A DNA stretch of 33,212 bases, taken from IMG/VR virus record IMGVR_UViG_2617270998_000002; one strand, given 5' to 3'. Below, in pieces: positions 1 to 9,530 of this stretch. The position numbers and the translations under genes are program-made. The DNA is from a virus. Taxonomy: Duplodnaviria > Heunggongvirae > Uroviricota > Caudoviricetes. Each line of letters begins with the position of its first letter. The first letter of the stretch is position 1. Below the pieces are notes generated by a model. It was not told the DNA's origin. It saw only the letters and a program-made list of their open reading frames with translations, and searched no databases.

Positions 1-2933
1 TAAGCAGATTTGTCAAAAGTCTGCCCCTGCATCAGGGCATAACCAGACGGAACGGTATCTGATGGCCACGGGATTGGTGCGCCGACTGGGTAGCTTTCTG
101 GTGGAAGATTTTTCGAGGTATAAACTTCTGCCCAGTCTTCCTCAAAACCATAACCGTCTCTTGAAGAACGGTAGAACAGACCACCATTTCTGTAATGCGC
201 CTTCATCTGCAGGGTCCGGCAACTTCCGACTCCGGTATAGAAGTTAACCAGAATATAGCTGTCGCCAGAGCGGGTGACATTGTAAGCGCCTGATTCGGCA
301 TTCCAGGGAACGCCACCATCCGCATCGGCATATGTATCCGTTGCCCTTCTGGCAAAAGCAGCCACATGCGCGGCGGTTAAAGTAATATCTTTTGAACCAT
401 CAAACTCAACCCCAGAAACCAGTCTTGGCGTTTGCAGCTTTGTTGCTGTCAATGCGTTACCGTTCAGACTTGCAGACAGCTTGGTTCCAATAACCAGTTC
501 GCCGGTTGCGTTATCAATAGCAAACGGTCTTAATGTATTCCATCCACCATAAACATCACCTTGATTGGTAAGCAGCAGGTAAGTTTTAGCGCCATCATTA
601 CGCCATAATGCCCCATACTCCCCACCTATCATTCGAATCTGATTACCACCACGCGCTACAATTTCGTCTGTGGCAAAAAGTTTTTTGCACGACAAGTTAT
701 CGTTAACGATTAACGAATGAGACTCATAAAAACCACGCCCACTCTTAAAATCAAGGATAACGTCCGCCGCGATACATTCAGTCGCTGGATTTGTTGCCCC
801 AAACTTATAGGTCGTATCATTAACAACGAGATCAGCACCAGGTGCGGATATTGACAGGCCATCTTCGATAAACGCAAAAACAGGGAAAGCAGCGCCATCA
901 ACATAGAACACAGAGCGCAAATCATCGCCCTTATTACTCATCATTATTGAGTGGATGGCTCGTTCATTGTTTTGATATTGCCAGAACATTCCATAAGCAT
1001 AACGCCCCCTGTCAGTCCAGCCACCAGGCATAACAAATCCGTTAAACTCGCAGTTATTCATCGGATCGCCTGCGGTTCGCGTTGCCGTGGTGATAATGAC
1101 CCTTGATGCCAGTTCGCTTACTGAGCCAGCAGAACGCATAACAACAACAGGGTAATATTTTCCAGATGTTGCACCTGCAGGAGCGTTAACCCGCACATAA
1201 CGCATACCACGCTTATCAGCAAAGTCTGTTTTACTGACCGCGTTAATGTTGTTCAGGAAGCGTCCCTTATCGGGTATATCAGCGCCGTTCTGGTCTTTCT
1301 GCAGACGTTTCTCTGCATTGTCATAGGCTGATTTTACTGCCTTTGGCGTTGCCGCCAGCGTTTCAGACGTGCTGTTGGTCGCGCTGCTTAGCTGGATTAT
1401 CCCTTTCTGTGCTGTCGTTGCATCCTGTGCGGTGTATTTCCCGTTAGCCAGGTCATACGCGGCCTTAACGGCTTTTGGCGTTGCCGCCAGTGACTCGGAA
1501 GTGCTGTTGGTCGCACTGCTGAGCTGTACTATCCCCTTTTTCGTCGTGCTCGCATCCTCAAGCGCCACGGCGGATGCAATATCCTCTGCCCGTTTTGCCG
1601 CTGTCTCAGCGCGCGTTGCCGCGGATTCCGCCGTACTTTTGCTCTGAGCTGCCGCCGTCGCACTGCCAGCTGCCTCTGTCGCCTTCGTGGATGCCGTCGT
1701 GGCGCTGCCTTTCGCTGCTGATGCCTGTCTGCTCGCCTCATCTTTTGAAGCAGACGCAGATGATGCCGATGACGCCGCCGAACTGGCGGACGATGCAGCA
1801 GCCGTTTTTGAGGATTCTGCACGGGTTTCCGACGCTTTCGCGTTCGTTTCGGATGTCTTCGCTGCGGAAGCTGACCTCGCTGCTGCGCTGGCCTGCTCAG
1901 TGGCTTCGCCAGCCTTCGTTGTGGCTGTTGAAGCGGATGATGCGGCGCTTTCTGCCGATTTTCCGGCGGCGGTGGCACTGGCTGAGGCCTGCCCGGCACT
2001 TGTTGACGCGGCGCTGGCAGACGACGCAGCCGCTGTTTTTGAGCCTGCCGCAGCTGAGGCACTCTGTCCCGCTGCCGTTTCAGAAGACCTGGCGTTCGTC
2101 TCGGACGTTTTGGCCGCCTTCGCAGAATTTGCTGTCGCCGTTGCCGAGGAAGCTGCGCTACTGGCGCTCGAGGATGCGTTCGTTTCTGATGATTTTGCCG
2201 CCTCTTTTGAAGCCGCCGCATCCCGGGCTGAGGTGGCAGCTTCTGACGCTTTCGTGGTCGCGGTGGATGCAGAAGTGGCTGCTGATTGTTGTGACGCTGC
2301 AGCATTCGTTTCTGACGTTTTCGCGGCACTGGCACTGGTAGCTGCCGCGCTTTTTGAGGACTCTGCAGCAGCAGCACTTTTCGATGCTTCAGTGGCCTTT
2401 GTTGATGCCGTTCCTGCGCTGGAAGATGCTGACTGAGCCGACGACGCGGCCTGTCCGGCTGACGTGCTGGCTGCGCGTGCTGAGCCTGCAGCATCAGTCG
2501 CACGGGTTGCCGCCTCACTGGCAGATGTGCTGGCATCACTGGCTGACTTCTTTGCGGCTGCCGTGTTCTGTGCCACCACGGACGCGTTACGCGCCACCTC
2601 TTCCACCATCAGCTCAAAACGGCGCAGTGCCTCCGGACGGGCATCATCCTCCGTCATGGCACCGAGAAAATCATTCAGCGTACCGGGTCGGGAATCTTCA
2701 TACACTGTGATGGTCCCGGCATGTGACGGCGGGAATCCTTCCACCAACAGAATAACGCTGTACTGACCGTACTCAACGTCCATACTGTAACGCCCGGCTT
2801 CATCCGGATTTTCTGAGGCCAGCGTGTTCACCACCACCGTGGTACTGTTACGTTTTGCTTTCAGCTGGATTGTGCAGTTCTGTACCGGTTTTCCTGTGCC
2901 GTCTTTCAGTACACCTGAAATCTTTACTGCCAT
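1..2933 (-). CDS. stf: Side tail fiber protein Stf, partial (C-terminus beyond window start)
   Basis: Own translation of the minus strand from ATG at 2933..2931 gives [36 protein letters not shown]..., lambda Stf-like N-terminus, then an Ala/Ser/Thr/Lys-rich repeat region ([26 protein letters not shown]...), two tail-fiber repeats ([14 protein letters not shown](S/T)LAATPKAVK), and ...[30 protein letters not shown] at the window edge. Frame is open to position 1, so absent from the ORF track. Position after lom matches lambda gene order. Confidence 0.85.
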   Translation of the reverse strand, partial: MAVKISGVLKDGTGKPVQNCTIQLKAKRNSTTVVVNTLASENPDEAGRYSMDVEYGQYSVILLVEGFPPSHAGTITVYEDSRPGTLNDFLGAMTEDDARPEALRRFELMVEEVARNASVVAQNTAAAKKSASDASTSASEAATRATDAAGSARAASTSAGQAASSAQSASSSAGTASTKATEASKSAAAAESSKSAAATSASAAKTSETNAAASQQSAATSASTATTKASEAATSARDAAASKEAAKSSETNASSSASSAASSATATANSAKAAKTSETNARSSETAAGQSASAAAGSKTAAASSASAASTSAGQASASATAAGKSAESAASSASTATTKAGEATEQASAAARSASAAKTSETNAKASETRAESSKTAAASSASSAASSASSASASKDEASRQASAAKGSATTASTKATEAAGSATAAAQSKSTAESAATRAETAAKRAEDIASAVALEDASTTKKGIVQLSSATNSTSESLAATPKAVKAAYDLANGKYTAQDATTAQKGIIQLSSATNSTSETLAATPKAVKSAYDNAEKRLQKDQNGADIPDKGRFLNNINAVSKTDFADKRGMRYVRVNAPAGATSGKYYPVVVMRSAGSVSELASRVIITTATRTAGDPMNNCEFNGFVMPGGWTDRGRYAYGMFWQYQNNERAIHSIMMSNKGDDLRSVFYVDGAAFPVFAFIEDGLSISAPGADLVVNDTTYKFGATNPATECIAADVILDFKSGRGFYESHSLIVNDNLSCKKLFATDEIVARGGNQIRMIGGEYGALWRNDGAKTYLLLTNQGDVYGGWNTLRPFAIDNATGELVIGTKLSASLNGNALTATKLQTPRLVSGVEFDGSKDITLTAAHVAAFARRATDTYADADGGVPWNAESGAYNVTRSGDSYILVNFYTGVGSCRTLQMKAHYRNGGLFYRSSRDGYGFEEDWAEVYTSKNLPPESYPVGAPIPWPSDTVPSGYALMQGQTFDKSA
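1290..1500 (-). repeat. Tandem duplicated tail-fiber repeat motif inside stf (two copies of GI(V/I)[11 protein letters not shown](S/T)LAATPKAVK(A/S)AYD)
   Basis: Near-identical DNA blocks visible (e.g. ttgccgccag...gctgttggtcgc(g/a)ctgct at about 1326-1385 and 1470-1530); translation gives the repeated peptide. Confidence 0.7.
1520..2570 (-). repeat. Low-complexity Ala/Ser/Thr/Lys/Glu-rich coding repeats within stf
   Basis: GCN-rich periodic sequence open in several frames (explains spurious track ORFs 1529..2539-, 1574..2341+, 1687..2436+, 2354..2710+, 2464..2766+). The true frame encodes repeats such as AKTSETNA(K/R)(A/S)SETAA. Confidence 0.75.
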
Positions 2934-2944
2934 ATTCACCCCAC

Positions 2945-2970
2945 AAAAAAGCCCGCCTGAACCGGCGGGC
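2945..2970 (-). terminator. Rho-independent terminator downstream of lom
   Basis: Minus-strand hairpin GCCCGCC-ggttca-GGCGGGC followed by TTTTTT (plus-strand A-run 2945-2950), between lom stop (2998) and stf start (2933). Confidence 0.6.
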
Positions 2971-2997
2971 TGTCATAACACTGTGTTACCTGGCTAA

Positions 2998-3597
2998 TCA
3001 GAATTTATAACCAACACCCACGATGAACCCGTCAGTGCGCCAGTCACCACTGCCGGAGCCTTCATAAGCGACATCAACGGCCACGGATTCGGTCGGGTTA
3101 AACTGCACGCCAGCTCCCCACGCCAGAGACGTGTTGCTGTGGCGACCGTCATCACTTCCGGTCAGCACATCGTGCGTTTTCCCCTTGTTGTCAGTTACGC
3201 GGATATAATCCCCGGAGAAGGTCGACACACGGCTGTAAGCCATACCCGCCATCGCATACGCGCTGAACCATTCATTCACGCGCACAGACGGCCCCGCCAT
3301 CACGCTGAACCAGCGATTACGCACGGAATCCTCATGCCAGCGGGTATCGCTGTAATGCGTTTTTTGCTCATCTTCAGCGTTGGCATAACTGAATGACGTA
3401 ATCAGCCCCAGCGTGTCCGTAAACTCATAACGGTATTTCACGTTAATCCCGTTCAGATTATCGCTGCCGGGAGCGTTCGTACGGGCATGAAGATACCCTG
3501 CGCTCAGTGTGGCCTGCTGCTCAGACGCCCATGCAGGCGCACCGGATACGGCCAGACAGATGGCTGCGGACAAAATGGCTGCACAAACTTTACGCAT
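2998..3597 (-). CDS. lom: Outer membrane protein Lom (Ail/Lom family beta-barrel)
   Basis: 199-aa ORF with signal peptide (MRKVCAAILSAAICLAVSGAPAWA) and C-terminal ...GVGYKF ending in Phe, typical of OM beta-barrels; Ail/Lom-like sequence; located just after J as in lambda. Confidence 0.9.
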   Translation of the reverse strand: MRKVCAAILSAAICLAVSGAPAWASEQQATLSAGYLHARTNAPGSDNLNGINVKYRYEFTDTLGLITSFSYANAEDEQKTHYSDTRWHEDSVRNRWFSVMAGPSVRVNEWFSAYAMAGMAYSRVSTFSGDYIRVTDNKGKTHDVLTGSDDGRHSNTSLAWGAGVQFNPTESVAVDVAYEGSGSGDWRTDGFIVGVGYKF

Positions 3598-3621
3598 AAT
3601 TACCTCTCGCTTTTCTGCAAT

Positions 3622-3645
3622 AAAAAAGGCGCCATTTCTGGCGCC
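3622..3645 (-). terminator. Rho-independent terminator between J and lom
   Basis: Minus-strand hairpin GGCGCC-agaaat-GGCGCC followed by TTTTTT, 20 nt after the J stop. Confidence 0.55.
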
Positions 3646-3664
3646 CGTATATGGGTTATAAAAT

Positions 3665-6600
3665 TCAGCTGATACTGATGCCTGCGGTGGCTTTCTTCAT
3701 CACCACAACCAGCAAATCGCTGATACTTGCTGTGGGATACCAGTCATTTACCAGCCATGCTGACACCGAAAACTCCAGCGTCATGTGGCCGTGACCAGCA
3801 GGCATATCAATAACACCACTGTAAATCAGCGTATTATCCAGCGCGGTACGGTTATAAATTTCAGCACCATTTTTCTTCACTATCAGGCGGCATGAGGAGT
3901 AAATATCAGTATGCTCTCTCTCATGTTTAGCACCGCTGAATGCCACCGCCGGAATAACAATCTGCCGGTCAAACGGCTGATCGTCATAAATCCTGACGGT
4001 AATGGTCCCTGATGGCCACCGCTCCGGTGCCCGGGAGTCCCGCGGGAAAGCCTTACCCACTGTTTTGACAATATCGCCTTCAATCTGGTTGGCTGACAGT
4101 TTCCCTTTAATCTGACAGTTCTCATTTATCGTAACGTTGTTGAGCGTCCCGGAGTTCGCATTCACACTGCCACTGATATCTGCATTTTTAGCGGTCAGCT
4201 TTCCGTCCGGTGTCAGGGAAAATGCAGGAGGATTACCGCCGCTGGTAATGGTGGGAGCCGTCAGATATTTCAGGAACACTTCATTCATGAATATCTGATC
4301 ACCCTGACCAACAAACATCGGTTTTGTGTTGCCATTTGCAGGATTAATCATCGCAATCCTGTCTGCCGCCAGCAGCACCTGACTCTGCATGCCGTCGGGG
4401 GTGTTCTCAATACCGGCACCGATACCCGCGATATAAAGGCGTCCGTCCTGCATCTGCTGCAGCTTCACAGCCCACATGCTGTTCAGATTATTATTTGTAT
4501 CAACCTGAACCTTCTGTATCTGCTGGATCGCTGCACTCTGGTCTTCCAGTTTCTTATTGACGGTCTGTGTGATTTCATTGCTGACATCCGTAATGGATGT
4601 CCTGATTTCAGCCAGGTCAGGCGCAAGCTGACCGTTATCAATCTGCGTCCACAGCTCCTGAGCCAGATGGGTTTTCCCTATCTCGCCTTTGAAAAAATCC
4701 AGATAGCCGGATGCGTCATCACTCGGCTGACCAACAGCCTCCACGAATGCCGATTTGCCAACGGTGTTCACACTGCGAACGTAAAAATAATAATTATGGC
4801 CCGGCCTGATATTGATACTGGCGGCTATCCAGTACAGCGCCGTGCCAAGATAGCGTGCTGTGGTTTCAACCTGCCTGATATCGGTAATCCGCGTTTCCGA
4901 GAACCAGAACTCAAACTGTACCGTCGGATCATAAACCGCAAGATGCGGCGTGGCGGTTATCTGAAAATAGCCCGGCGTCAGCTCAATCCGCGACGGCGCT
5001 GCCGGTGCGGCAATCCGGAACGATACCGATGCCGGATCGCCCTGCTGTCCCCACGCATTTACCGCCCGGACCGTCAGCGTGTAACGCCCCAGCGCCAGTT
5101 GCCTGAAGCGGTATGTGGTTTCCGTCGTCCGGGCCGTGCTGACCAGCCGCTCACTGCCGTCATCCGCTGTTACGGTCAGACGGAGCAGGAAGCTCACGCC
5201 CTTCACCACCTTCGGCGTGTCCCAGCGCGCCAGCACCTGATACTCCCCGCTGTCTGCGGTGACTTCTGCGGTCAGGTGCTGCACCGCGGGCGGCGTGACG
5301 CCATTCACCGTGCCGCTCAGGTCGCCGTCAAAGTGCGCCCCGTTATCCACGATGGCTTCTTTTTCCGGTACATGCTGCACGGCGGTGATGGCATACGTGC
5401 CGCCGTCGTTCTCACGGATACTCACGCAGCGGAACAGGCGCTGGCGCAACGTCGGCAGCTTCAGCCCCCACACGCTGTATTCAGCAACACCGTCAGGAAC
5501 ACGGCTCACTTTCACCTTCACGCCGTCGGTGACGGACTGAACCTCCACGCTGACCGGATTGCCACTTCCGTCAACCAGGCTTATCAGCGTGGTACCGGAG
5601 GATGGCAGCGTGATTTCACGGTCGAGCGTCAGCGTCCGGGTCTGGCTGTTTACCGCCAGCACGCGCCCGCCGGTGCTGATACCGGCATAGTCATCATCGC
5701 AGATTTCAATGACATCGCCCGGTACATGGCGAAGCCCTTCTGCGCCGACGCTGAAATCCACGGTCTGCGTTTCCAGCAGTTCTGTTTTAATCAGCCACAG
5801 CCCGGCGCGGTGTGCCTGCCCCCGACTGGTACAGCCAAAGGCATCCATCTTCGTGACGTTACGACCGTAACGGGCAATGGCCTGCGTGTCCTCCACAAGC
5901 TCTGTCGCCGTCTCCCAGCCGTTATCCGGGTCAATCCAGTTCACCTCAACGGCATTATGACGGTCCTTCAGGGCACTGAAGCTGTAGCGGAACGGCGCGC
6001 CATCATCCGGCATCACCACATTACTGCGGTTATAGGTCCACACCTTATCCGACGGTCGGTCCTGCACGAACGTCAGCGTCTGCCCGTTCCATACCGGCAT
6101 ACAGCGCATCGCCGAGCAGAAATCACTGAGAACATCCCACGCCTTGCGCTGTGTGGTCAGGTAGGCATTACAGGTGATGCGCGGCTCCGTGCCACCAAAG
6201 CCATCCGGCACCGACTGGTCGCAATTCTGGCCGATGACATACAGCGCCCATTTGTCCACATCCGCCGCACCGAGACGCTTCCCCATGCCGTAGCGCGGAT
6301 GGGTCAGCATATCCCACAGACACCAGGCCATGTTGTTGCTGTATGCTGGCTTAAACGTTCCGTCCCAGATACCGCTGTATTGCCGCGTCTGCGGGTTATA
6401 GTTCGACGGCACCTGCAGAATGCGCCCGCGAAGATGATAATTACGGCTCACCTGCTGGCTGCCGAACTGTTCCGAGTCCACCTGCACGCCGACCAGTGCC
6501 GTGTTCGGGTAGCACTGTTTCACATCGATGATTTCGGTGTATGACGACCAGAGCGTTTTGTTCTGCAGCTGGTCTGTGGTGCTGTCCGGCGTCATTCTGC

Positions 6601-7144
6601 GCATCCGGATATTAAACGGGCGCGGCGGCAGGTTATCCACCACCACCGAGGCCAGATACTGCGAGGTGGTTTTGCCCTTAATGGTGATGTCTTTTTCCGT
6701 CACCCAGCCACCATTACGCTGTATCTGAACCAGCAGGCGAACTTCCGACGGATTCCGGTCCCCCTTTGAGGTGGTTTCCACCAGTGCCTGCACACCGAAG
6801 GTAAAGCGCAGTCGGTCGATGTTTGCCGACGTGATGGCGCGGGTGATCGGCGTGTCGTATTTCACTTCCGTACCCAGCACCGTCTCGGAGCCGGAGGATT
6901 CAAATCCCTCCGGCGGAGTCTGCTCCTGCTCACCAGCCCGGAACACCACCGTGACACCGGCGATGTTGGTATTCCCATCACTGTCCAGCACCGGCGTACT
7001 GTTCAGCAGCACGCTTTTTAATCCATCCATCGGACCTTCAATCGGCCCTTCACTGATGGCATCAATCACACTCAGCAACTGCGTGGACTTCAGGTTGTCC
7101 TTCGCTTCGCGCGGGGTATGCCCCTTACTGCTTCCTTTACCCAT
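3665..7144 (-). CDS. J: Tail tip / central tail fiber host-specificity protein J
   Basis: 1159-aa ORF; N-terminus [38 protein letters not shown]... and most of the length track lambda J as I remember it; follows I. Confidence 0.95.
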   Translation of the reverse strand: MGKGSSKGHTPREAKDNLKSTQLLSVIDAISEGPIEGPMDGLKSVLLNSTPVLDSDGNTNIAGVTVVFRAGEQEQTPPEGFESSGSETVLGTEVKYDTPITRAITSANIDRLRFTFGVQALVETTSKGDRNPSEVRLLVQIQRNGGWVTEKDITIKGKTTSQYLASVVVDNLPPRPFNIRMRRMTPDSTTDQLQNKTLWSSYTEIIDVKQCYPNTALVGVQVDSEQFGSQQVSRNYHLRGRILQVPSNYNPQTRQYSGIWDGTFKPAYSNNMAWCLWDMLTHPRYGMGKRLGAADVDKWALYVIGQNCDQSVPDGFGGTEPRITCNAYLTTQRKAWDVLSDFCSAMRCMPVWNGQTLTFVQDRPSDKVWTYNRSNVVMPDDGAPFRYSFSALKDRHNAVEVNWIDPDNGWETATELVEDTQAIARYGRNVTKMDAFGCTSRGQAHRAGLWLIKTELLETQTVDFSVGAEGLRHVPGDVIEICDDDYAGISTGGRVLAVNSQTRTLTLDREITLPSSGTTLISLVDGSGNPVSVEVQSVTDGVKVKVSRVPDGVAEYSVWGLKLPTLRQRLFRCVSIRENDGGTYAITAVQHVPEKEAIVDNGAHFDGDLSGTVNGVTPPAVQHLTAEVTADSGEYQVLARWDTPKVVKGVSFLLRLTVTADDGSERLVSTARTTETTYRFRQLALGRYTLTVRAVNAWGQQGDPASVSFRIAAPAAPSRIELTPGYFQITATPHLAVYDPTVQFEFWFSETRITDIRQVETTARYLGTALYWIAASINIRPGHNYYFYVRSVNTVGKSAFVEAVGQPSDDASGYLDFFKGEIGKTHLAQELWTQIDNGQLAPDLAEIRTSITDVSNEITQTVNKKLEDQSAAIQQIQKVQVDTNNNLNSMWAVKLQQMQDGRLYIAGIGAGIENTPDGMQSQVLLAADRIAMINPANGNTKPMFVGQGDQIFMNEVFLKYLTAPTITSGGNPPAFSLTPDGKLTAKNADISGSVNANSGTLNNVTINENCQIKGKLSANQIEGDIVKTVGKAFPRDSRAPERWPSGTITVRIYDDQPFDRQIVIPAVAFSGAKHEREHTDIYSSCRLIVKKNGAEIYNRTALDNTLIYSGVIDMPAGHGHMTLEFSVSAWLVNDWYPTASISDLLVVVMKKATAGISIS

Positions 7145-7167
7145 TCCTCACGCTCCATAAACGACAA

Positions 7168-7186
7168 AACCGCCCGCAGGCGGTTT
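7168..7186 (-). promoter_or_regulatory. Hairpin in the I-J intergenic spacer (possible attenuator or RNA stability element)
   Basis: AACCGCC-tgcg-GGCGGTT followed by TTTGTCGTTT on the minus strand, between I stop (7205) and J start (7144). Confidence 0.3.
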
Positions 7187-7204
7187 CACATAAAACATTT
7201 TGCA

Positions 7205-7846
7205 TCAGCGACCAATCACCACAACCTGACCACCATCCCCTTCGTCTGCCGTGCTGATCTCCTGAGAAACCACGCGTGACCCCACGCGCATTTCACCGTA
7301 CAGAACAGGCAGAACATTGCCCTGGGCAACCATGTTATCCAGTGAAGAAAAATAGGTGTTCTGTTTGCCGTTATCCGTTGTCTGTGTGCGGGGGGTTTTG
7401 GGTTTAGGGGCCAGCATCTGTGCAACACCGCCAAGCGTCATACTGGCACCGAGAGAAAACAGCAGATTACTCGCCATAATTCCTACCCCCGGCATCCATA
7501 TAGCAACCGCCATAACAGCCGCCCCCAGCACAGCCTGAAACACACCGCCACTTTTGGCTCCCGCCAGACGCGGCACGATATGGATCACAGCACCATTTGC
7601 CAGCGGTTCATTAAGACGGGCTGATAATTCCGTTTCACCTGTATCACGCCCGGCAATGCGTACCTGATACCAGCCGTCGCTCAGCTTCTGACGAAACGCC
7701 GGGATCTGCATGGCCAGCGCCCGGATGGCTTCGGCCCCCGTTTTCACACGCAGATCGATGCGGCGGCCAAATCGTTGTAAATCCCCGTAAAGGCAGATGC
7801 GCGCCATGCCCGGTGACGCCAGAGGGAGTGTGTGCGTCGCTGCCAT
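7205..7846 (-). CDS. I: Tail tip assembly protein I
   Basis: 213-aa ORF MAATHTLPLASPGMARICLYGDLQRF...; C-terminus ...VSQEISTADEGDGGQVVVIGR; lambda I-like; position between K and J. Confidence 0.85.
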   Translation of the reverse strand: MAATHTLPLASPGMARICLYGDLQRFGRRIDLRVKTGAEAIRALAMQIPAFRQKLSDGWYQVRIAGRDTGETELSARLNEPLANGAVIHIVPRLAGAKSGGVFQAVLGAAVMAVAIWMPGVGIMASNLLFSLGASMTLGGVAQMLAPKPKTPRTQTTDNGKQNTYFSSLDNMVAQGNVLPVLYGEMRVGSRVVSQEISTADEGDGGQVVVIGR

Positions 7847-8496
7847 TTGTCGGTATACCTCTCTCGTTTGCTCAGTTGTTCAGGAATATGGTGCAGCAGC
7901 TCGCCGTCACCACAGTAAATGGCGGCATGATTCGGCACCGATGAACCAAAGCAGCACAGCAGCACATCGCCCGGTTGTGCTGATGACAACGGCACCTGAT
8001 ACAGCCCTGTGGCCTCCAGATTATCCAGATAGAGATTCTGACCGTGACGCCACCAGTCATCCCCGCGATGAAAATCCGGCATCTCAATTCCCGCCAGATG
8101 GTAAGCGTCCCGGAACAGCGTGTAACAGTCCGTCACCCCGTGCTCAAAGCGCCGCCCGGTGAGATGCGGCACACAGCGGAATTTATGAATCGCCCCCCGG
8201 CAGACCAGCCACCACGGCAAATCACTCTGCACCTGCAGCCGCCGGTCGGCCTCACTCAGCCAGGGCAGACCACCGGGGTGGCTGTGGACCAGCGCCACAA
8301 TCTCTCCCTGCATTTCTGCACTCAGCCAGTCCTCCGGCGACATCCGGAAATACGCCTCCGGCTCACCGGATATATTCACGCAGGGAAAATATCTTTCCCC
8401 CTCCGGTGTTCTCACCACGAAGCCGCACGACTCCGCTGGCGCACATCGCCGGGCGTGCGCCAGAATCGCTGATTCTGTCTCTGTCATGGGATTCAC
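7744..8496 (-). CDS. K: Tail tip assembly protein K (JAMM/MPN-like plus NlpC/P60-like)
   Basis: ORF MNPMTETESAILAHARRCAPAESCGFVV...; JAMM-like motif HSHPGGLPWLSEAD; Cys/His pair typical of NlpC/P60 (VTDCYTLF...H); ATGA overlap with the L stop. As drawn the 3' end overlaps I by about 100 nt, so the true C-terminus is uncertain. Confidence 0.8.
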   Translation of the reverse strand: MNPMTETESAILAHARRCAPAESCGFVVRTPEGERYFPCVNISGEPEAYFRMSPEDWLSAEMQGEIVALVHSHPGGLPWLSEADRRLQVQSDLPWWLVCRGAIHKFRCVPHLTGRRFEHGVTDCYTLFRDAYHLAGIEMPDFHRGDDWWRHGQNLYLDNLEATGLYQVPLSSAQPGDVLLCCFGSSVPNHAAIYCGDGELLHHIPEQLSKRERYTDKWQRRTHSLWRHRAWRASAFTGIYNDLAAASICV

Positions 8497-9191
8497 TGCG
8501 AAAGTTTGTTAATGGAAAGGAAGCCGCCAAAGTTGCCGACGTTATTGCGAAACTTACAGCCGCTCAGGCATTTGCTGCATTTATCCTTCGTGATATCGGA
8601 CGTCGGCTGATCATATTCATCCGCGACCGCCGGACCGTGATAACCGCACTCATCACCGCGATAGGTCCAGGTGCAGGTGTTGGCCAGCATGATACGTCCC
8701 GGAAAAACGGCACCGTCCGTTTCCGTCGGCGTGGACAGTACAAAAGAGGCACTCACCGCGCTCAGTTCACTGCACTGCTCGATGCGCCAGCGGCTGATCA
8801 CCTCCTGCTCCGGATCGGCGTCACTGTTTCCGTTGACGAAGTTCACCGCATCCAGAAAACGGGCGTAAACCTTACGCCGGACCACCGTTCCGCCGACCAG
8901 ACTCTGCAGGTCTTCCGCCATCCCGGTGACCATGCCGTGCAGGTTAGAAACCGTCAGTGTCGGACGGGCAGCACTGCCCTTGCCATTCAGTTCAAATCCC
9001 GTCCCCTGAATGGGGTATGCCTGATACTGCCGCCCCTGCCAGGTAACCGGCTCACCTTTTTCGTTCTGCTCATTACAGAAAAAATAACGTTCACCACCGA
9101 CCTCTGTCAGATCGATTTCCCAGAGCACCACCTGGGCTGACTGAGTGAGGCGTGTCGTCTCATGATGTGTTTCCTGTGGAATATCCTGCAT
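8493..9191 (-). CDS. L: Minor tail protein L
   Basis: 232-aa ORF, lambda L-like (MQDIPQETHHETTRLTQSAQVVLWEIDL...), Cys-rich C-terminus; position between M and K. Confidence 0.9.
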   Translation of the reverse strand: MQDIPQETHHETTRLTQSAQVVLWEIDLTEVGGERYFFCNEQNEKGEPVTWQGRQYQAYPIQGTGFELNGKGSAARPTLTVSNLHGMVTGMAEDLQSLVGGTVVRRKVYARFLDAVNFVNGNSDADPEQEVISRWRIEQCSELSAVSASFVLSTPTETDGAVFPGRIMLANTCTWTYRGDECGYHGPAVADEYDQPTSDITKDKCSKCLSGCKFRNNVGNFGGFLSINKLSQ

Positions 9192-9200
9192 CAGAGCCTC

Positions 9201-9530
9201 CTATGCCACGACCTGTTCAAAATCTGCCGTTATGGTTATCCACAGCGCCCCCACGCTTGCCGACCATTTACGACAAACCACCCTGATCGGCTTCCAGTCA
9301 TAAGGTGGCGTCCACTGAAATGCGCGGACGCCACCGTGCCGTTCCAGAAAGGCTTTTAAAGATGGGTGTTCACATTTACGAACACGTATCGTCACGCTGT
9401 AAATCGACAACTGGTTATTCAGTCCCGCCGCACGACGCTGTTCATAACCATCGCCCAGCTTCACTGTCACCACTTTCGGCTCTGATACCACATTCATATC
9501 CGGGCGCACTTTCCAGTGAAACGTCTCCAT
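9201..9530 (-). CDS. M: Minor tail protein M
   Basis: 109-aa ORF METFHWKVRPDMNVVSEPKVVTVKLGDGYEQRR...; size and position as lambda M. Confidence 0.9.
   Translation of the reverse strand: METFHWKVRPDMNVVSEPKVVTVKLGDGYEQRRAAGLNNQLSIYSVTIRVRKCEHPSLKAFLERHGGVRAFQWTPPYDWKPIRVVCRKWSASVGALWITITADFEQVVA

Noticed and set aside
1529-2766. Track ORFs 1529..2539(-), 1574..2341(+), 1687..2436(+), 2354..2710(+), 2464..2766(+)
   Set aside because: All fall in the repetitive stf region, which is open in many frames; only the third minus-strand frame gives a coherent tail-fiber protein continuous with the [12 protein letters not shown]... N-terminus.
4667-6544. 625-aa plus-strand ORF (Arg/His-rich)
   Set aside because: Antisense to J, which has clear full-length lambda J character; composition is typical of a GC-rich antisense frame.
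8406-9140. 244-aa plus-strand ORF
   Set aside because: Antisense to L/K; no start context; overlaps well-supported tail genes.
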